From positions 16,244,001 through 16,308,000 of the forward strand of contig OZ024757.1 in the NCBI GenBank assembly GCA_964016885.1: DNA of 64,000 nt. Direction: 5' to 3'. The position numbers and the translations under genes are program-made. This DNA is from Eledone cirrhosa. Its lineage: Eukaryota. How positions within the stretch are numbered: the first letter of the stretch is position 1; the number at the start of each line of letters is the position of its first letter. The notes under the pieces were generated by a model, which did no database searches, had not been told where the DNA came from, and saw only the letters and a list, made by a program, of their open reading frames with translations. This document shows, one piece after another, positions 61,952 through 64,000 of the stretch.

Positions 61952-63390
61952 GTGGTGGTGGTGGTGGTGTGGCAATGGTCGTTATGGTGGTGGTGGTGGT
62001 GGGGTGACAATGGTCGTTATGGTGGTGGTGGTGGGGTGACAATGGTCGTTATGGTGGTGGTGGTGGTGGTGGGGTGACAATGGTCGTTGTGGTGGTGGTG
62101 GTGGTGGTGGTGGTGGTGAGGTGACAATGGTCGTTGTGGTGGTGGTGGTGGTGGTGGTGGTGGTGGTGGGGTGACAATGGTCGTTATGGTGGTGGTGGTG
62201 GTGGTGGTGGTGGTGGTGGCGGGGTGGCAATGGTCGTTATGGTGGTGGTGGTGGTGAGGTGGCAATGGTCGTTATGGTGGTAGTGGTGGTGAGGTGGCAA
62301 TGGTCGTTATGGTGGTAGTGGTGGTGAGGTGGCAATGGTCGTTGTGGTGGTGGTGGTGGTGGTGGTGGTGGTGAGGGCTGCAATGGTCGTTGTGATGGTG
62401 GTAGGGTGGAAATGGTCGTTATGGTGGTGGTGGTGGTGGTGAGGTGACAATGGTCGTTGTGGTGGTGGTGGTGGGGTGACAATGGTCGTTATGGTGGCGG
62501 TGGTGGTGGTGGTGAGGTGACAATGGTCGTTATGGTGGTAGTGGTGGTGGTGAGGTGACAATGGTCGTTATGGTGGTGGTCGTGGTGGTGGGGTGACAAT
62601 GGTCGTTGTGTTGTGGTGGTGGGGTGACAATGGTCGTTGTGGTGGTGGTGGTGAGGGCTGCAATGGTCATTGTGGTGGGGTGATAATGGTCGTTATGGTG
62701 GTGGCGGTGGTGGTGGGGTGACAATGGTCGTTATGGTGGTAGTGGTGGTGGTGAGGTGACAATGGTCGTTGTGGTGGTGGTGGTGAGGCTGCAATGGTCG
62801 TGATGGTCGTGGTAGTGGTGGTGAGGTGACAATGGTCGTTATGGTGGTGGTGGTGAGGGCTGCAATGGTCGTGATGGTCGTGGTAGTGGTGGTGGGGTGA
62901 CAATGGTCGTTATGGTGGTGGTGGTGTTGGTGAGGGCTGCAATGGTCGTGATGGTCGTAGTGGTGGGGTGACAATGGTCGTTATGGTGGTGGTAGTGGTG
63001 GGGTGACAATGGTCGTTAAGGTGGCGGTGGTGGTGGTGGTGGGGCTGCAATTGTTGTTGTGATGGTGAGGTGGGGTTGGAATGGTAATGGTCGTTATGGT
63101 GGTGGTGGTGGTGGTGGTGGTGGTGAGAGTGGCAATGGTCGTTGTGGTGTCGGTGTTGGGGATGTGGACGGCTATGGTGGTCGTTGTGGTGGTGGCGGTG
63201 GTGGTTGTAGTGGTGGTGGTGGTGGGGTGGCAATGGTCGTTATGGTGGTGGTGTGGGTGGGGGTGGTGCTAGTCGTAATGATGGTGTATGTGTTTGTAAT
63301 GGCAGTGGCGGCGATGTTGATGATGGTGTTGGCGCTGTAGTGGCGGTGGTGGCGGTGGTGGCTGTGGTGGCGGTGGTGGGGGTGGGGGTG
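61952..63390. repeat. (GGT)n minisatellite punctuated by GACAATGGTCGTTA
   Basis: Seen directly. Confidence 0.95.
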
Positions 63391-63447
63391 CTAGTGCCGG
63401 CGAAGATAAAAAGATGACGAACGTGATAATTGTAGTGGTTGGTCTCG

Positions 63448-63675
63448 CTCTGTGTGTGTGTGTGTGTGAAGGTGTGTGTGTGTGTCTATGTCTGTGACTC
63501 TGTGTGTGTGTGAAGGTGTGTGTGTCTATGTCTGAGACTCTGTGTGTGTGTGTGAAGGTGTGTGTGTGACTATGTCTGAGACTCTGTGTGTGTGTGAAGG
63601 TGTGTGTGTGTCTATGTCTGAGACTGTGTGTGTGTGAATGTGTGTGTGTCTATGTCTGAGACTCTGTGTGTGTCA
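63448..63675. repeat. ~40-bp minisatellite CTCTGTGTG..GAAGGTGTG..TCTATGTCTGAGA
   Basis: About 5 copies seen directly. Confidence 0.85.
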
Positions 63676-64000
63676 CTCTATGTGCGTTTACTTGTGTGTT
63701 TGTGTCTGTGCCGGTGACTGTGTGTGTGTGTGTGTGTGTGTGACTTTATGCAGCGTTTGTGTGTGTGCATGTCTGTGACTCTGACTGTGTATGTCACTCT
63801 GCGTGCCTTTTTGTGTGTATGTGCGTGTGTGTGTGTGTATGTGCGTGTGTGTGTGTGTGTGTGCGGCAATAGATGGAAGATATACGAATCTCAATGATTT
63901 AATATTTATAGAGAAACAATTCATAAAGAAATGTCACCAGTCTTCAGAGATGCTGTCGAAGAATTCCAGGCAAATGTCAAGTGAATCTTAAATTACTCGA

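Noticed and set aside
61952-63390. CRISPR-like array or His/Thr/Pro-rich protein
   Set aside because: The spacers are (GGT)n variants rather than unique sequence, there are no cas genes, and the context is eukaryotic.
63905-63985. Possible small exon (ETIHKEMSPVFRDAVEEFQANV)
   Set aside because: Weak splice signals, no recognisable homology, and at the window edge.

Overview
Repeat-dominated eukaryotic DNA, probably intronic or intergenic. The SINE types and microsatellite load suggest a coleoid cephalopod such as Octopus (inference). About half the window is (TA)n, (CA)n, (TACA)n, (GA)n or (GGT)n microsatellite and derived minisatellite, so nearly all ORFs in the track are artefacts. The only convincing protein-coding segments are retroelement fragments: the 3' part of an RTE-type LINE with a PHD-like finger (19603-20487, +) and the 3' part of a Penelope-like element (PLE) with a C-terminal GIY-YIG endonuclease (22411-23200, -). 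Three SINE types, small DNA-transposon MITEs, a 200-N gap and a 466-bp tandem repeat are also present. The main signal is about ten sequence-unrelated families of short non-coding elements, mostly inserted in (TA)n tracts. Each carries a type I hammerhead ribozyme (HHR) fold, and most form asymmetric palindromes whose apex lies inside or just 5' of the ribozyme. One family is the terminus of the GIY-YIG element, which ties the set to PLEs. Several families carry non-canonical cores (UUGANAA, CAGAAGA). All folds were derived by eye and none is experimentally tested. Family letters A-H are my own labels.
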